A stretch of DNA of 63,848 nt, the filler included, from Licmophora abbreviata (Eukaryota), in the NCBI GenBank assembly GCA_900291995.1. It is 8 parts of 8 records of this genome, joined end to end, with 100 filler letters (N's around TTAATTAATTAA, not from the genome) between each part and the next. Parts side by side here need not be neighbours in the genome. Positions count along the whole stretch, not along the records: positions 50,206 to 51,861 come from OLMU01002700.1; positions 51,962 to 53,127 come from OLMU01002703.1; positions 53,228 to 54,270 come from OLMU01002704.1; positions 54,371 to 63,848 come from OLMU01002706.1; 4 more parts are not named here. One strand, written 5' to 3'. The notes below the pieces were generated by a model. That model saw only the letters and a program-made list of their open reading frames with translations. It had not been told where the DNA came from and did no database searches. Each line of letters starts with the position of its first letter. The stretch's first letter is position 1. Positions 50,206 to 61,492 of the stretch are shown piece after piece. The position numbers and the translations under genes were made by a program.

Positions 50206-50560
50206 ATCGGGTTTCGTCTTCCCGGTCTCTCCTCGATTCTTTCCTGTGCTTTCGTCGATGTTTCCTTCCTCTCGAATGACTCAAAGTCGATTCCGCTTCT
50301 CCATGACGTTCTATCGGAGATTGGGACCGGGATTTCTCTTCCCGATATCTTCTCGATTCTCGTCGGTGCTTTCGTCGATGTTTTCTCCTTCCCAAACGCC
50401 TCGACCTGGATTCAGCTTCTCCATCGCGTTCTGTCGGAGATGGGGACCGGCTCTCGTCGCCCCGATCTCTCCTCGATTCTTTCCGGTGCTTTCGTCGATG
50501 TTTTCTCCTTCGCGAATGATCCGATGTTGATTCAGCTCCTCCTTCGTCAGGCTCCGACAC
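50206..50560 (-). repeat. About three tandem 120-bp coding repeats (40-aa RRKHRRKHRKESRR unit)
   Basis: gtgctttcgtcgatgttt recurs at ~50246, ~50366 and ~50486. Confidence 0.85.
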
Positions 50561-51625
50561 AGACCGTTTGTGTCGGCGGCTTTCGTCGCGGCTGCGGGAA
50601 CGCCGCTTATACCTCTTCTTGCGTCGCTTCCGTCCGTTATGATCCTCCTCGCTGTCGCTCCTATCTAAAGATCGTTCGGGGCGATCGCTCTCGGCTTCCT
50701 TCTGCGTTCTTCTGGTATGATTTCTTCCCTGTCTCTCCCGCGATCTCTCACGACGATGACGCTTACGGCGAGACCTCCTCGATACATCTTCTACGGAACA
50801 GTCGTCCTCCCCCGTCTTAGGTTCGTGGTGGTCGAGTTCGTCATCCTTCGTCAAAACAGGTGTCTCCTCGTGAATAAGAGGGTAATCCGAATCAGTACCG
50901 CCATTCACCGGCTCAGACTCCACAGTGTCACCTGACAGAAACGATCGCTCCATGAGAACATCCTGCATGGCCGTCTCTGCTCGATGCGCTGACGCAGCCT
51001 GTCGAGGAGGTACCGCTGGTTTAGCGGTGCGGCTCTGAATCTTATCAAGATACTCCTGCGCATTGGTACACTTCGGGTCGATTCGGATCGCCTCCTTCAG
51101 CTTGCTAACTGCCTCTTGCGTCCGACCGAGATTTGCGCACAGGGCACCATAGGCAACCAGCAACGGGGCGTGCGTTGGCGCGAGATTCAATCCTTCCTTG
51201 TACCGAGCCTCTGCCTGGGATGACTTTCCGTCTTTTGCTAGCGTGACACCCTGCTCCAGTCGTTGCGAAGCCCAGTGTGTGTGTTGCGTTTGACGCAACT
51301 CCAAGTAGTTCCACGAAGGATACGCAACAACTTTGTCCGGATGCGATGTCGCTCCGTTCTGACTCCCAATTCCAAATTTGAGGATCCACGGAGCTTTCTT
51401 TCCTGATACACTCTCTATACAATCAGAGGATTCTTTCTCGAAATGAATTCTTAGATTCGGGACGATAGACGGGTCGTAAATTCGGCGGAGGAAGGCACTC
51501 CGCAGCGCCTCGCTGCGAGCCTCGGCCAACTGCTTTTTGTCGGCCTTTTGGGGTCTTTCTCGAGATGACCGTCTGTTTCTCGAAGACTTACGTTGTCTCG
51601 CTGAGGATCGAGACGTCGCCGCCAT
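50206..51625 (-). CDS. TPR protein with R/S/K/E-rich tail (TTC14-like), truncated by gap
   Basis: WASQRLEQGV..., LVAYGALCANLG, AIRIDPKCTNAQEYL; repetitive charged C-terminus. Confidence 0.7.
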
Positions 51626-51961
51626 CGCTCATAGATAGACGGAGGGCGCAGTTACCATACGCACTGAGCTTCACTCATGTCCCTGGATTCTGTGTGGTAC
51701 ATCATCAATCTCATCATCATCCATGCCCACAGACGGCGCCAGACGCGTGGGTCGCACTCTAAAAACTCTAACACAGACACTTGACTTCACCTCATCGGGA
51801 ACTTGAACCGAGAGATTGACTTCCAAGCAAGCCAGCACAATCGACCAACCCGCGCCGTTCTNNNNNNNNNNNNNNNNNNNNNNNNNNNNNNNNNNNNNNN
51901 NNNNNTTAATTAATTAANNNNNNNNNNNNNNNNNNNNNNNNNNNNNNNNNNNNNNNNNNNN

Positions 51962-52650
51962 ATCTGGTCCGGGTTTGTAGGACGGAGCACGCTAACATCA
52001 ATGGTTTCGGTGCGCTTGACAATGCCATTGACAGTATCAAGTTCGTCGCTATTGATAGGCTCCACAGCATCACTCGAGAGCGACGAGTCGTCACTCTCCG
52101 TGTCAGAGCTTGTCGCGACGCTGACGGCTCGCGCTTTGCCCGCCACGGCGAATTCGGCGAGAGTGTCGCAAGAGACGAAGGACATGTTCTTGGGCAGGGC
52201 CGTGTTGGCAGGCTGTGTCATGTCGAGCGCAAGGTAGGGTGCCCTGGACGCAGACCGGACCGGAAGTGCGGTCTCGGCGTTCTTGTTCTGGTTGCTCGGA
52301 GAGACGACGCGGGGGCGTGCCGAGGAAGCCATAGCGGCCTGTTTTGCGCGGGCTTGTTGCTGGAGTTTGGCCTCGACTCGGGGCTTCCAGAAGCGCTTGC
52401 GGTTGTTGACGAACCAGTTCGTCAGCTGCTTAATTTCAATGCCAGTGTCTGCCATGATCTCGTTCTTCTCTTGTTCCGTAGGGTACGGATGGGCGATGTG
52501 TTCCGGACTCATCATCCATTCCTTGAGGTAGTCGACGACTTCGGCGGCAAGACTAGACGTCTTCTTGGGACTCTTCGCCTGGGCTTTCCTTCCAGGAGAC
52601 GAAGATGCGGAACGGCCCGGCATGCGGCTGGGGGATTCGGCAGACATCAT
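51962..52650 (-). CDS. TALE-class (KN) homeobox transcription factor, 3' end in gap
   Basis: YLKEWMMSPEHIAHPYPTEQEK...QLTNWFVNNRKR. Confidence 0.92.
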
Positions 52651-53320
52651 TGTCGACAAGTTTAAAGTCACTGAAGTAGACAACAAGAAGCAGTATTGCA
52701 GAAGTGATGGGACGCTTGATCAAAATAGCCATCATCGATAGGGCAACTGAGATGACCACGTCGTCAACGTGTTGCAGTTTTTTGATCCACACCTCATCGG
52801 CCATCTATTTTGGCGCCAAATTCATCTTCACCTTGTCTTTCACTGGTTTACCTTTTGATGCGTCTTCGATGACGCTGAAAATTGTCATTGCTAAGTTTTT
52901 AGACCAGCGCCAGATGGCTGCCTTTCTCTTGTTGAAGTGGGAAAGCCACGTTTTCCAAATCACACGTAGAGACATACTGATGGGCTACGATGTAGACTTG
53001 TACGGAATCTAAACATAAAAAATGACGCGACTGGTGTGACGATGATGTCGACGATGATTGGTCGAAAGAATGAGGACAGCGGATCAGTCGAACCAGTCGA
53101 AATTGAAAGGCATAACCTGATGTTTGCNNNNNNNNNNNNNNNNNNNNNNNNNNNNNNNNNNNNNNNNNNNNTTAATTAATTAANNNNNNNNNNNNNNNNN
53201 NNNNNNNNNNNNNNNNNNNNNNNNNNNGAACCCGCGATGGGAAGTCGGAAGGACGATTTGATAGTCAATACAGAGTAGGTTTCTAGGTATCAAACCGCGG
53301 CACGCTGAACCATTGCTACC

Positions 53321-54270
53321 ATGGAGACCCAGAAAGAGACAACCGCTGACTCCATCGAAGTGGGAGAGGACCTGAAATCGATGCCTGTAGGCGCTTCGTC
53401 CGACTTGCGAACTTCGGTGAACGCTCTGGTCCGAAAGTATGGAGATTTCCGAATTCCACGCCGCAATTTGCTTCTCACCGACGAGCAAGTCCGAAAGTAC
53501 AGTCTTTGGGCTCTCTATTTCAACACATTCACCAATGCTGTCAATACCAAGATGCTTAATCCCAACTTTGCCGTCATGGCCTCTCCAGGAGCCAGCGAAG
53601 ACTCCTTTGACAACACTGATCCCTTTGACTTCAACTCTGCCACCTATTTCATGCCTTTGTGTTCTCTTCTCGGTGTAGCCATTGCATCCATCTTCACAGG
53701 ACAGATCTCGGATAAAATTGGTCGCAAGCGCGTCATTGTAGTTTGCAGCGTCCTCTCTGGATTTGGATCCGTTGGAATGTACCTTGCCCGTGAGACATTC
53801 TGGGGTTTCTGCGGTGCAAGTTTTGCCGCCGGACTGTTGCGGGGCACTTTGCCGGTGGCCATGGCCTACGTTGGAGATGTATTTACCACAAAGAAGGAAA
53901 AGCAGGATCAGTTGGGAACTATTGTCGCCTTCTTTGTTATAGGAAATTCCGGGGGAGGCATGTTTGCCATCTTAATGGAAAATACCGGTCTCTTTACGCC
54001 GTTGCTTCTGGGTGCCGCCATGATCTGGATCTCCTCTTTTATCTGTGTACATTGGTTCATCGAAGCGGGCGATGAACGATTGTCGCCCATCGGGAAAGAA
54101 AACCTCACTGAGCTCGTTTCTGACGATGAGGAGGAGGATCGAAGACCAGAGACGATCGACCAATCCACACTGTGGAACATCGTCGGAGGCGCCTTGGCCG
54201 ACAACGTTGGCTCGACGGCTCTCTTTCCTCTCTGCTTGTCACCACTGGCGCTCGAGCAGTACGCGTTAGA
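53321..54270 (+). CDS. Major facilitator superfamily transporter (partial)
   Basis: Motif A GQISDKIGRKRV, MAYVGDVF, multiple TM helices; runs into gap. Confidence 0.88.
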
Positions 54271-54370
54271 NNNNNNNNNNNNNNNNNNNNNNNNNNNNNN
54301 NNNNNNNNNNNNNNTTAATTAATTAANNNNNNNNNNNNNNNNNNNNNNNNNNNNNNNNNNNNNNNNNNNN

Positions 54371-54541
54371 GCGTTCCCCGAGATTACGGAAGGCGACGAG
54401 CTGACGCCTGACAACTTGGAACAAGGCATGCTCAACGCACGCCAGCTGTACAACAAGTATCTCGCTCTCCCGGATGACCAGCAGTACGGACTTGTCAAAG
54501 TCCTCGGAACAAGAGGTACACCCGTCGGGTTCTTCTCGTAG
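54371..54541 (+). CDS. Probable C-terminal fragment of the MFS gene after the gap
   Basis: Open frame AFPEITEG...PVGFFS* directly after the gap, same strand. Confidence 0.45.
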   Translation, partial: AFPEITEGDELTPDNLEQGMLNARQLYNKYLALPDDQQYGLVKVLGTRGTPVGFFS

Positions 54542-54926
54542 ACGTAATCGTGAAGTCGACCCGACTTAGTGTGCGTGTCCACGCATAGGCGAATGAGCTG
54601 CCGTGTCTAGCAGATGGTGTGCCCGTTCAGAGGACGTTGACATTAGTGTAACAATGATTTTATCGATTGCCATTGACACCATGATATGTAATAGCTAGAG
54701 CGAATCGCACTGGCGCGCGCTTTTGTCTAATAGCGCACAACAACGCACCATGCACGCAGCGGCGCCATACCCCTCATGCTCAAAGATGCACCACATGGTC
54801 GCGATCGGACCACACCGCACGCTGAACAAGACTGCCATACTCGACAAGTGAATTTGACACCGACAGCCAACGAACAGCGTCGTTTCCTGAATCAGTTAAC
54901 TTTTCATTGAGAAAAAGTGCAAAATT

Positions 54927-55800
54927 ATGTCTTCAAATCTGAACTACAAGCAAGTGGCCAACGTGAACCGTCGGACGTGGGACGTTGAAGAGTACGAACG
55001 GAAAGCCAAGGCTCGCAACGACGAGGAAGGAAAGAAAGCGGGAGAGAAGCGTCCCTTGTCCGCCGTCACTTCAGAGCAGCAGGAGGAAGATGTCAAAGAG
55101 GAGTTTGTCCCGGCTGCCCTAGGTGCGGCGGGACCCGAGCGATCGAAGCGTGCATTTCTCAAGGCTCGGAGCGACCGCGTTGACATCGATTCCAAAGTGG
55201 GGTCTGCGGAAATTGTATCAGCGGAAGCCGTTGCGACAACCAAGGTCACTGAGGATTCTACTGGATCGATTAAGGTATGTGAGGGGTGAGCACGAACCCT
55301 CCATGGGGCGCCAGTCGTAATCTAACCTTGCCATTGTTTTCGTCCATGCTCTTCGTCAGGACGGAGTGACAAAGACGGGCGTCGGATGGCATTGCAAAGT
55401 ATGTGACTGTTTCTTAAAGGACTCTCATACGTATTTGGATCACATCAACGGACGGAAGCATCAACGCAACCTGGGATATTCGATGCGTGTCGAACAGAGC
55501 TCGAAAGAACAAGTGCAGGCGCGACTAGCCGAATTGGCCAAGCAAAGGGAGGGTAAGAATGGTAGCAATGAGGCTGTGGAGGCTGAAAGTTTTGAAGACG
55601 TGGTGAAGGCCAAAGATGAAGAGGCGGCAAAACGAAAAGAGGAGAGAGCCCGGAAACGAGAGGCACGAAAGAAACGGCTCCAGACAGAAATGGAGAAACC
55701 CGAAGGCGACGACGAGGAAGCAGTTGTCGAAGAGGTCAACCCAGACCTGGCGGCTATGATGGGATTCGGAGGTTTCGGGGGTGGGAACAAAACCAGATAG
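54927..55800 (+). CDS. ZMAT2: Zinc finger matrin-type protein 2 / Snu23 (U4/U6.U5 tri-snRNP)
   Basis: RRTWDVEEY, GWHCKVCDCFLKDSHTYLDHINGRKHQRNLG, AAMMGFGGFG; intron 55275-55359. Confidence 0.93.
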
Positions 55801-55922
55801 AGACGAATACAACGGGCGGAAACACTGCCTGAAAACTCCGTAGATGTGCATTCGGCATTCTTCTACCTTATATATTATCATGTACACGCCGCGTTAGTAG
55901 TACAGTTCACACTCGTCTCTAT

Positions 55923-57992
55923 TCAACGGGTTGGTATGAGCGCAAAGAAGCGGTTAGCAATCACCGATAGCGGCTGAGACCAACCACCCATCTCTCCGAG
56001 AAACACTTGATCGGCACCGAGACGTTCAAGTTCCTTGACCGACTCGGCATTCGACAATCTCTTGGCCCATTGCAACGGCGTATACCCGTTGGCGGCTTCC
56101 ACTGCCAGGTGCGAGCCGTGTCGTGCCAAGATCTTGATCGCCTCCACACTATTGGCGCCAGCAGCAAAGTGCATAGCAGTCCAACCGTTGGCGTCCTTTA
56201 GGTTGACATTGCAAAGGCCTCCGTCGTCGACAGACGACTCGTCGATTCCCTTGCACAGAAACTCCAGCACGCGACATGCCCCATGAAAAGCCGCCGTGTG
56301 AAGCGCGCAAGTCTCCGTCCCATCCGAGCCTACATAGAACCCATCCACGTCAATGCCCTCGCGAGTCTGGACAATGCCTTTGACGACCGACAAACCATCG
56401 TCAGAAGTGCAGGCGTCAACAAAAGCCCTTGATAGGACAAGTTGTTCATCTTCCGACAGTGCGAGAAAGGTCTTCTTGCGTTTCTGCTTCAACATTGAGG
56501 TCACCGAAGAGGCAGCTCGATGTACCGCACGAGAGTACGCGCCGACGCAACCACTTGGCATTTTTCGAGGGGGGCTTTCTGCTGTATCTTCCGCTGTCTG
56601 CATGCAATCACTAGGACACTCTGCTTTCTGCTCAAGGACCGGACTCGGTGGAAGGTGCTCGTACGGGTTCGGCGTCATGGGGGTCATCATTTCGGTTGTC
56701 GGAACATCTTCGTCCTCGACGCTCCCAATTGCTTCCGAGGGCCCTCTACCGGACGCATGCTTCCGACTTCGCTTCCCTCGCCTACGAGTACGCGAGTCAG
56801 CAGCAACTAGTCCACTATCATTGTCATCAACAGTGGAATCATATGTCTGCGTCAATGCCGTATACATACGAGCGGCAAGCGCTGATGGAAACCGCATCAT
56901 GTTACTGTCATCTTCTTCCTGCAATGGCGGCGCCATGGGACGGGTTGTTATCCTCTGCCGTAGCTGCTGCGGAAAAGTGCTCATCATGTGTGCCATTTGC
57001 TCTGCTGTATGACGCATGGACTGTCCGTCCGAGCGACGCGCCGCATCTCGGGCCGCCCCAAGTACTGATCCGGCAAGTCCAACCTTGAGAACATTCGGAA
57101 GTACGACCTCAGGCGACGTACTGCCCGTCATGACGGATGTGGCGCCCACCAGCGTAATGACGAAGGCAGCACTCGCAAGAGTGTTCGCAGGATGGGAGCC
57201 GTCCGTGACATGCTGCTGAAAGCCGTTGTTCCGGAGTAGATGGCGAATATAAGCCAGACTATGGGACAAAGGCATGCGAGTCAAGGTGGAGTTGCTGTTG
57301 GCATACTCGTTGACAATGTCCTTGGCAGCAGGTTCATCCAGCATGGTGAGTCGTGTAATATAGCCAACACCGGATAGAATATCGAGGGCATCTTCGTCGT
57401 GGTCGGAGGAGCACGCGCCGTCCAGAGAAGATGTTAGAAGAGCACGTTGTAGCTGGAGCTGCAGAAAATAAAAGCACTCGAAATTGGGTCGTCGTGCTGT
57501 CTGCGAAAAAGAGGCCAGATCTGCCGCAGCGAGGAAGCAGAATGTATGCATCATGATATCATGGTACAGAACGTCAGCGGCGCTCAATCTCACAGGCGAC
57601 TGTGATGACTCGCAATGCGAATGCAAGCTCTCAGGCGAGACATGCAGCGACGCGGAGTTCTGTCGTTCTTGTTCCTCTTCCAAAAGCGACAGGAGATCGG
57701 CGACACTGTTGCTGGCTTCGGACCCAGACTGAATGGAAAAGTAGCACGACGAGACGCGCCTCATTCCGAGCGACACAGCCGGGTGGAGCTGCGGAGGGAG
57801 AGAATCAATGATTTCGTCGTGTGGGGACGCATCAAAACTGCTGTCCCAGGGGAACTCGTCGGATTCATCCTCCCATGACTGACGTCTAAAATGGCGCCAC
57901 GTTGTCGCTTCGTTCGACGAGAGGTGTAGATCGCCTGCATTCATGCTCTCCTGCTCTTCTTCCTCAACAGACGCTCTCTCCGACGAATCCAT
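55923..57992 (-). CDS. Ankyrin-repeat protein with F-box-like segment and hydrophobic helices
   Basis: TCALHTAAFHG, GWTAMHFAAGAN, GYTPLQWA; LYHDIMMHTFCFLAAADLASFSQT F-box-like. Confidence 0.75.
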   Translation of the reverse strand: MDSSERASVEEEEQESMNAGDLHLSSNEATTWRHFRRQSWEDESDEFPWDSSFDASPHDEIIDSLPPQLHPAVSLGMRRVSSCYFSIQSGSEASNSVADLLSLLEEEQERQNSASLHVSPESLHSHCESSQSPVRLSAADVLYHDIMMHTFCFLAAADLASFSQTARRPNFECFYFLQLQLQRALLTSSLDGACSSDHDEDALDILSGVGYITRLTMLDEPAAKDIVNEYANSNSTLTRMPLSHSLAYIRHLLRNNGFQQHVTDGSHPANTLASAAFVITLVGATSVMTGSTSPEVVLPNVLKVGLAGSVLGAARDAARRSDGQSMRHTAEQMAHMMSTFPQQLRQRITTRPMAPPLQEEDDSNMMRFPSALAARMYTALTQTYDSTVDDNDSGLVAADSRTRRRGKRSRKHASGRGPSEAIGSVEDEDVPTTEMMTPMTPNPYEHLPPSPVLEQKAECPSDCMQTAEDTAESPPRKMPSGCVGAYSRAVHRAASSVTSMLKQKRKKTFLALSEDEQLVLSRAFVDACTSDDGLSVVKGIVQTREGIDVDGFYVGSDGTETCALHTAAFHGACRVLEFLCKGIDESSVDDGGLCNVNLKDANGWTAMHFAAGANSVEAIKILARHGSHLAVEAANGYTPLQWAKRLSNAESVKELERLGADQVFLGEMGGWSQPLSVIANRFFALIPTR

Positions 57993-58323
57993 TGTTCCTG
58001 AGTAGGAAATAGTTTCTTTTTAATTCTGCCAAAGGGTCTAACACTTTATCGGGTCGCCGCAACAATGTTCAATGTACAATGTACAATCTCTCGACACACT
58101 CTGTTCCGCAGTTTTGACCGCCCTAAAATACAAAATACAAAATACCGCTTGTGCGTGACTTTCGTGAAGGCCGCACAGACGTCCAGGACGCATTCTCTGG
58201 ACAAACGCACGCAGACTTGACTCGACTCATCGACTCCGACGCTATTCGAGGCCCCATCTTCAATCTAGTATTTCTTCTAATATTGGAACCTATCGGATCA
58301 CCACCCCGTGCAAACAATGCGTA

Positions 58324-59409
58324 CTAAAAGTCTACATCATCCTCCAGACTCATGTGCCAGTCGTAGTCCGGCTCGAATGCCTTCTCACTCTGCAGGTCGC
58401 AGTATATTCGACTCACTCGTTGCCAAAGAGCTCGGTGTGGCTGTAATATCCGTGGGTGGTTGAAAATTGTACAGTCCTCCGTATATCGTTCCATCACAGT
58501 CATGTTGGTAGGTGCTATCAACGCGTGATTCAGTGTCGGGTCGGCAAATTCTGCCACCACATCTGCAGACAAAGCCTTGGACGGAGAAGCAACACCGCAT
58601 CGTTCCGTTAGCTCTCGCGATATTCGACTCACTTCCTCCAGTGGGTTCTCCAACACCTTAGTATAACTAGTCACGACACGACATAGATCTTGTGATCCCT
58701 CAATGGCTCGTCGATAATATGCGATCCATGCACGCATGCCAAACCGAATCGGATGTCGCTCTCGTCTCTCCAACGAATAAGCCACGTCCATTGGATGACG
58801 GAATGTAAAAATGACAGCCGGCTTTACTTCCAGTTCTCCCAACCACAATGGCAGTGTCAAGCACACTGTCGGACTCTTGATCAGGTACGGTTCTGTCGAT
58901 TGACTCTTCAACAGTTCCAATACAGCTTGCCCGTTCTCGTCAAATCCCATCTGTCGAGAAGCATCGAAACTGTAGGGACTATTGATAACGTCAATGACTT
59001 GCTCTTCAATCCAATTCATGTTCTGGTCAATGAGCGGTTGTAGTTCAAAGTATCCCTTCTTGTTGAACTTGAAGGCCGGTTTCAGCGGCCCGCCCGCATT
59101 GTATCCCATGCCTTCGACCAACAAGCCCGCCAGCATGGATGTGCCCGATCGATGCATTCCCAAAATGAAAACGCCCGTTCCTTGAGGCTGATTTTCTGCT
59201 AGTGAAGATTGGATCGATGCAGCTGATACTGCAGCAGCAGCGTTCTGGTAGTGCGCCGCTTGAAGAAGTCCCGAGATGCCGCGTACCGTGGCGTGGTCCT
59301 GTCCCTCCAAGACGACATTCAGGCGGCCCACGAGAAAGCAGCCTATCGTAAACGACATGGTCGCTGCGGTTAGCAGCAGGGTCGATAAGGTTGCTTCCAG
59401 ATGTGCCAT
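58324..59409 (-). CDS. Membrane-anchored sulfotransferase family protein
   Basis: N-terminal TM; PAPS-binding VFILGMHRSGTSMLAG, N.KGYFE, KSP, RHPMDVAYSL. Confidence 0.85.
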   Translation of the reverse strand: MAHLEATLSTLLLTAATMSFTIGCFLVGRLNVVLEGQDHATVRGISGLLQAAHYQNAAAAVSAASIQSSLAENQPQGTGVFILGMHRSGTSMLAGLLVEGMGYNAGGPLKPAFKFNKKGYFELQPLIDQNMNWIEEQVIDVINSPYSFDASRQMGFDENGQAVLELLKSQSTEPYLIKSPTVCLTLPLWLGELEVKPAVIFTFRHPMDVAYSLERRERHPIRFGMRAWIAYYRRAIEGSQDLCRVVTSYTKVLENPLEEVSRISRELTERCGVASPSKALSADVVAEFADPTLNHALIAPTNMTVMERYTEDCTIFNHPRILQPHRALWQRVSRIYCDLQSEKAFEPDYDWHMSLEDDVDF

Positions 59410-59911
59410 TGTGGTGTGTACAGTCCTGTCAGTGACGAAACGAGCTGATCAGCAGGCTGCTTTGTCGTTGTACTCTGTTACGACGTCGAGCAAAAGGCAT
59501 CCCGATGAAGACGAGAGGGCCGTGAATGCATTCTCGGCGCATCCAGTCACGAGTGTACGGGTACACCGCCACAACTCCTCGTTGGATCGGGTACCAACAC
59601 ACAAAGAACCCAAGACTTCCGCCAAAGCAAACACTCTCACACTCGACAATCGGACGCGCCAGCCGATAGGAGATTCTAGATTCACTATCATCTATCATGT
59701 ACATCAGATACTTATTGACGCGTGCGCACTCCCGATTTTCTACTCTCGGAATTTGATGTGCGAATAACTATGAAGCTCCATGCAAGAGTGAAAAGATCAA
59801 TCGCTCATCACGACAACCAACACACATCATTTTGAGAATCCCGTAAATTCGTCGAAGAGAAGCCCCCCTGACAACTCATCACAAAGCACTACGGAAGAGA
59901 ACGAATCAGCA

Positions 59912-60731
59912 ATGAAGATCTTCGCCCTCCTCGCCGCTCTCGCGGCTGTTGCCTTGCCCTTCGCATCGGCCACCAAGTGTAAGTCGATCGTCGAGATTGC
60001 TTCCGGTAACGACGACTTTGATACGCTTGTTGCCGCGCTCGTCGCCGCGGATCTCGTCGATGCCCTAGAGGGTGATGGTCCCTTCACGGTGTTCGCACCC
60101 ACGGATGACGCCTTTGATGACCTACCGTCTGGTGTATTGAAGGATCTTCTGAAACCCAAGAACAAGGCTGCCCTCCAAGACATCTTGCTGTATCACGTTG
60201 TGGCCGGCAAGATCGAATCTTCGGATTTGGTCGATGGCAAGAAGGTCAAGACTCTCCAGGGGAAGTCTGTCAGGATTCGTCTTGATCCCGTCCGGGTCAA
60301 CAAATCCAAAGTTACGACGGCTGACATCAAGGCCTGCAACGGTATCATTCACGTCATAGATGCAGTGCTCATTCCTCCCGATCCCAAGCCTACGCCCAAG
60401 CCCGACCCGAAGCCTACTCCCAAGCCCGAACCCAAGTCCAAGCCCTATGTTTCGATTGTTGGGCAGTGTACCTCGAAGCCGTCCAACAAGTGTGGCATGT
60501 GCGAGGGTATGTAACAGAATGATATCGTGTCAACTCGCCCGTAGTCTCTTAAAGCGTGCGAATCTTACGTTGTTCCGTCTCTTTCCAGGTGACTGTGATA
60601 AAGACGACCACTGCAAGGATGGATACTACTGCTTCCATCGTAACAAGGGAGACAAGAAGCCTGTCCCATACTGCAAGGGAGGAGACAAGGACGGTTCTCG
60701 TACCGACTACTGTACCAAGAAGTGGTGGTAG
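59912..60731 (+). CDS. Secreted fasciclin (FAS1) + Pro/Lys linker + frustulin-type Cys-rich domain protein
   Basis: Signal peptide; FTVFAPTDDAF, LLYHVV, NGIIHVIDAVL; PKPTPKPD linker; CGMCEG|DCDKDDHC..C..VPYC..DYC across intron 60507-60588. Confidence 0.88.
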
Positions 60732-61492
60732 ACAGCAGCACCACACTGAGTAGATGCGTTCATAGTATGAGAGACGAGCCGCTCCTATGAACTTTTACGA
60801 CAAGTTGACAGCACAGTTAGGTATGCTACATGATGAGGCTCCAGTAGAAGATAGTTGCTTAGTAGTACCTAGGAGTTCAACATAACATGTTAGGTTTTAG
60901 CGAAGCACAGGACCTTCAACAGAATAGTCTTGGACATTGATCGTCGAACGAGCTAGAGCGAATATTCGAAACGAATGGATGAATCGAATCTGAGAAACGG
61001 GGATCTGAGACCAGCTGAAAGAAAGTCCCTGCATTGTGCTGACACACGGACGAGGACCTTTTTTTATCGAGTAAGTCGAGTCAGTCGAATGGTTAAGCAA
61101 CAAGCCCAACGCCATTGCGAGTATGCCTCACACGCGTCCGAATATAGATTCATAAAAACCATCCGTTGGGAGCGAACTCCATCAATTTTGCTGGGCCTGT
61201 CATCTGTCACAGCAGAAGAGAGTTCACCGTGTTCACAGCGACGTGCATTTGTGCCATGAATGACTGTTGGATAAGGCGTTGAATCCAATTGCCGTGAAGT
61301 TCTATCGTCAACTGATTGGCTCCTTGGACAGTTGATTGGCTGAGTGGTGTAACGTTGTAAGGTTGAATTTGGAATTTAGAATTCAGTCAGTCTCGCGGGA
61401 ATTGATTTCTGGAATTTGAGAACGTCAGGCTCTGTGCACTGACTGTTCTGTTGGTGTCGTCCTCTGGGTTCGATTGAAGCTTTGAAGCCACC

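Noticed and set aside
53036..53122. Possible C/D-box snoRNA (ATGATG...CTGA)
   Set aside because: Imperfect box C, no terminal stem or recognisable rRNA guide
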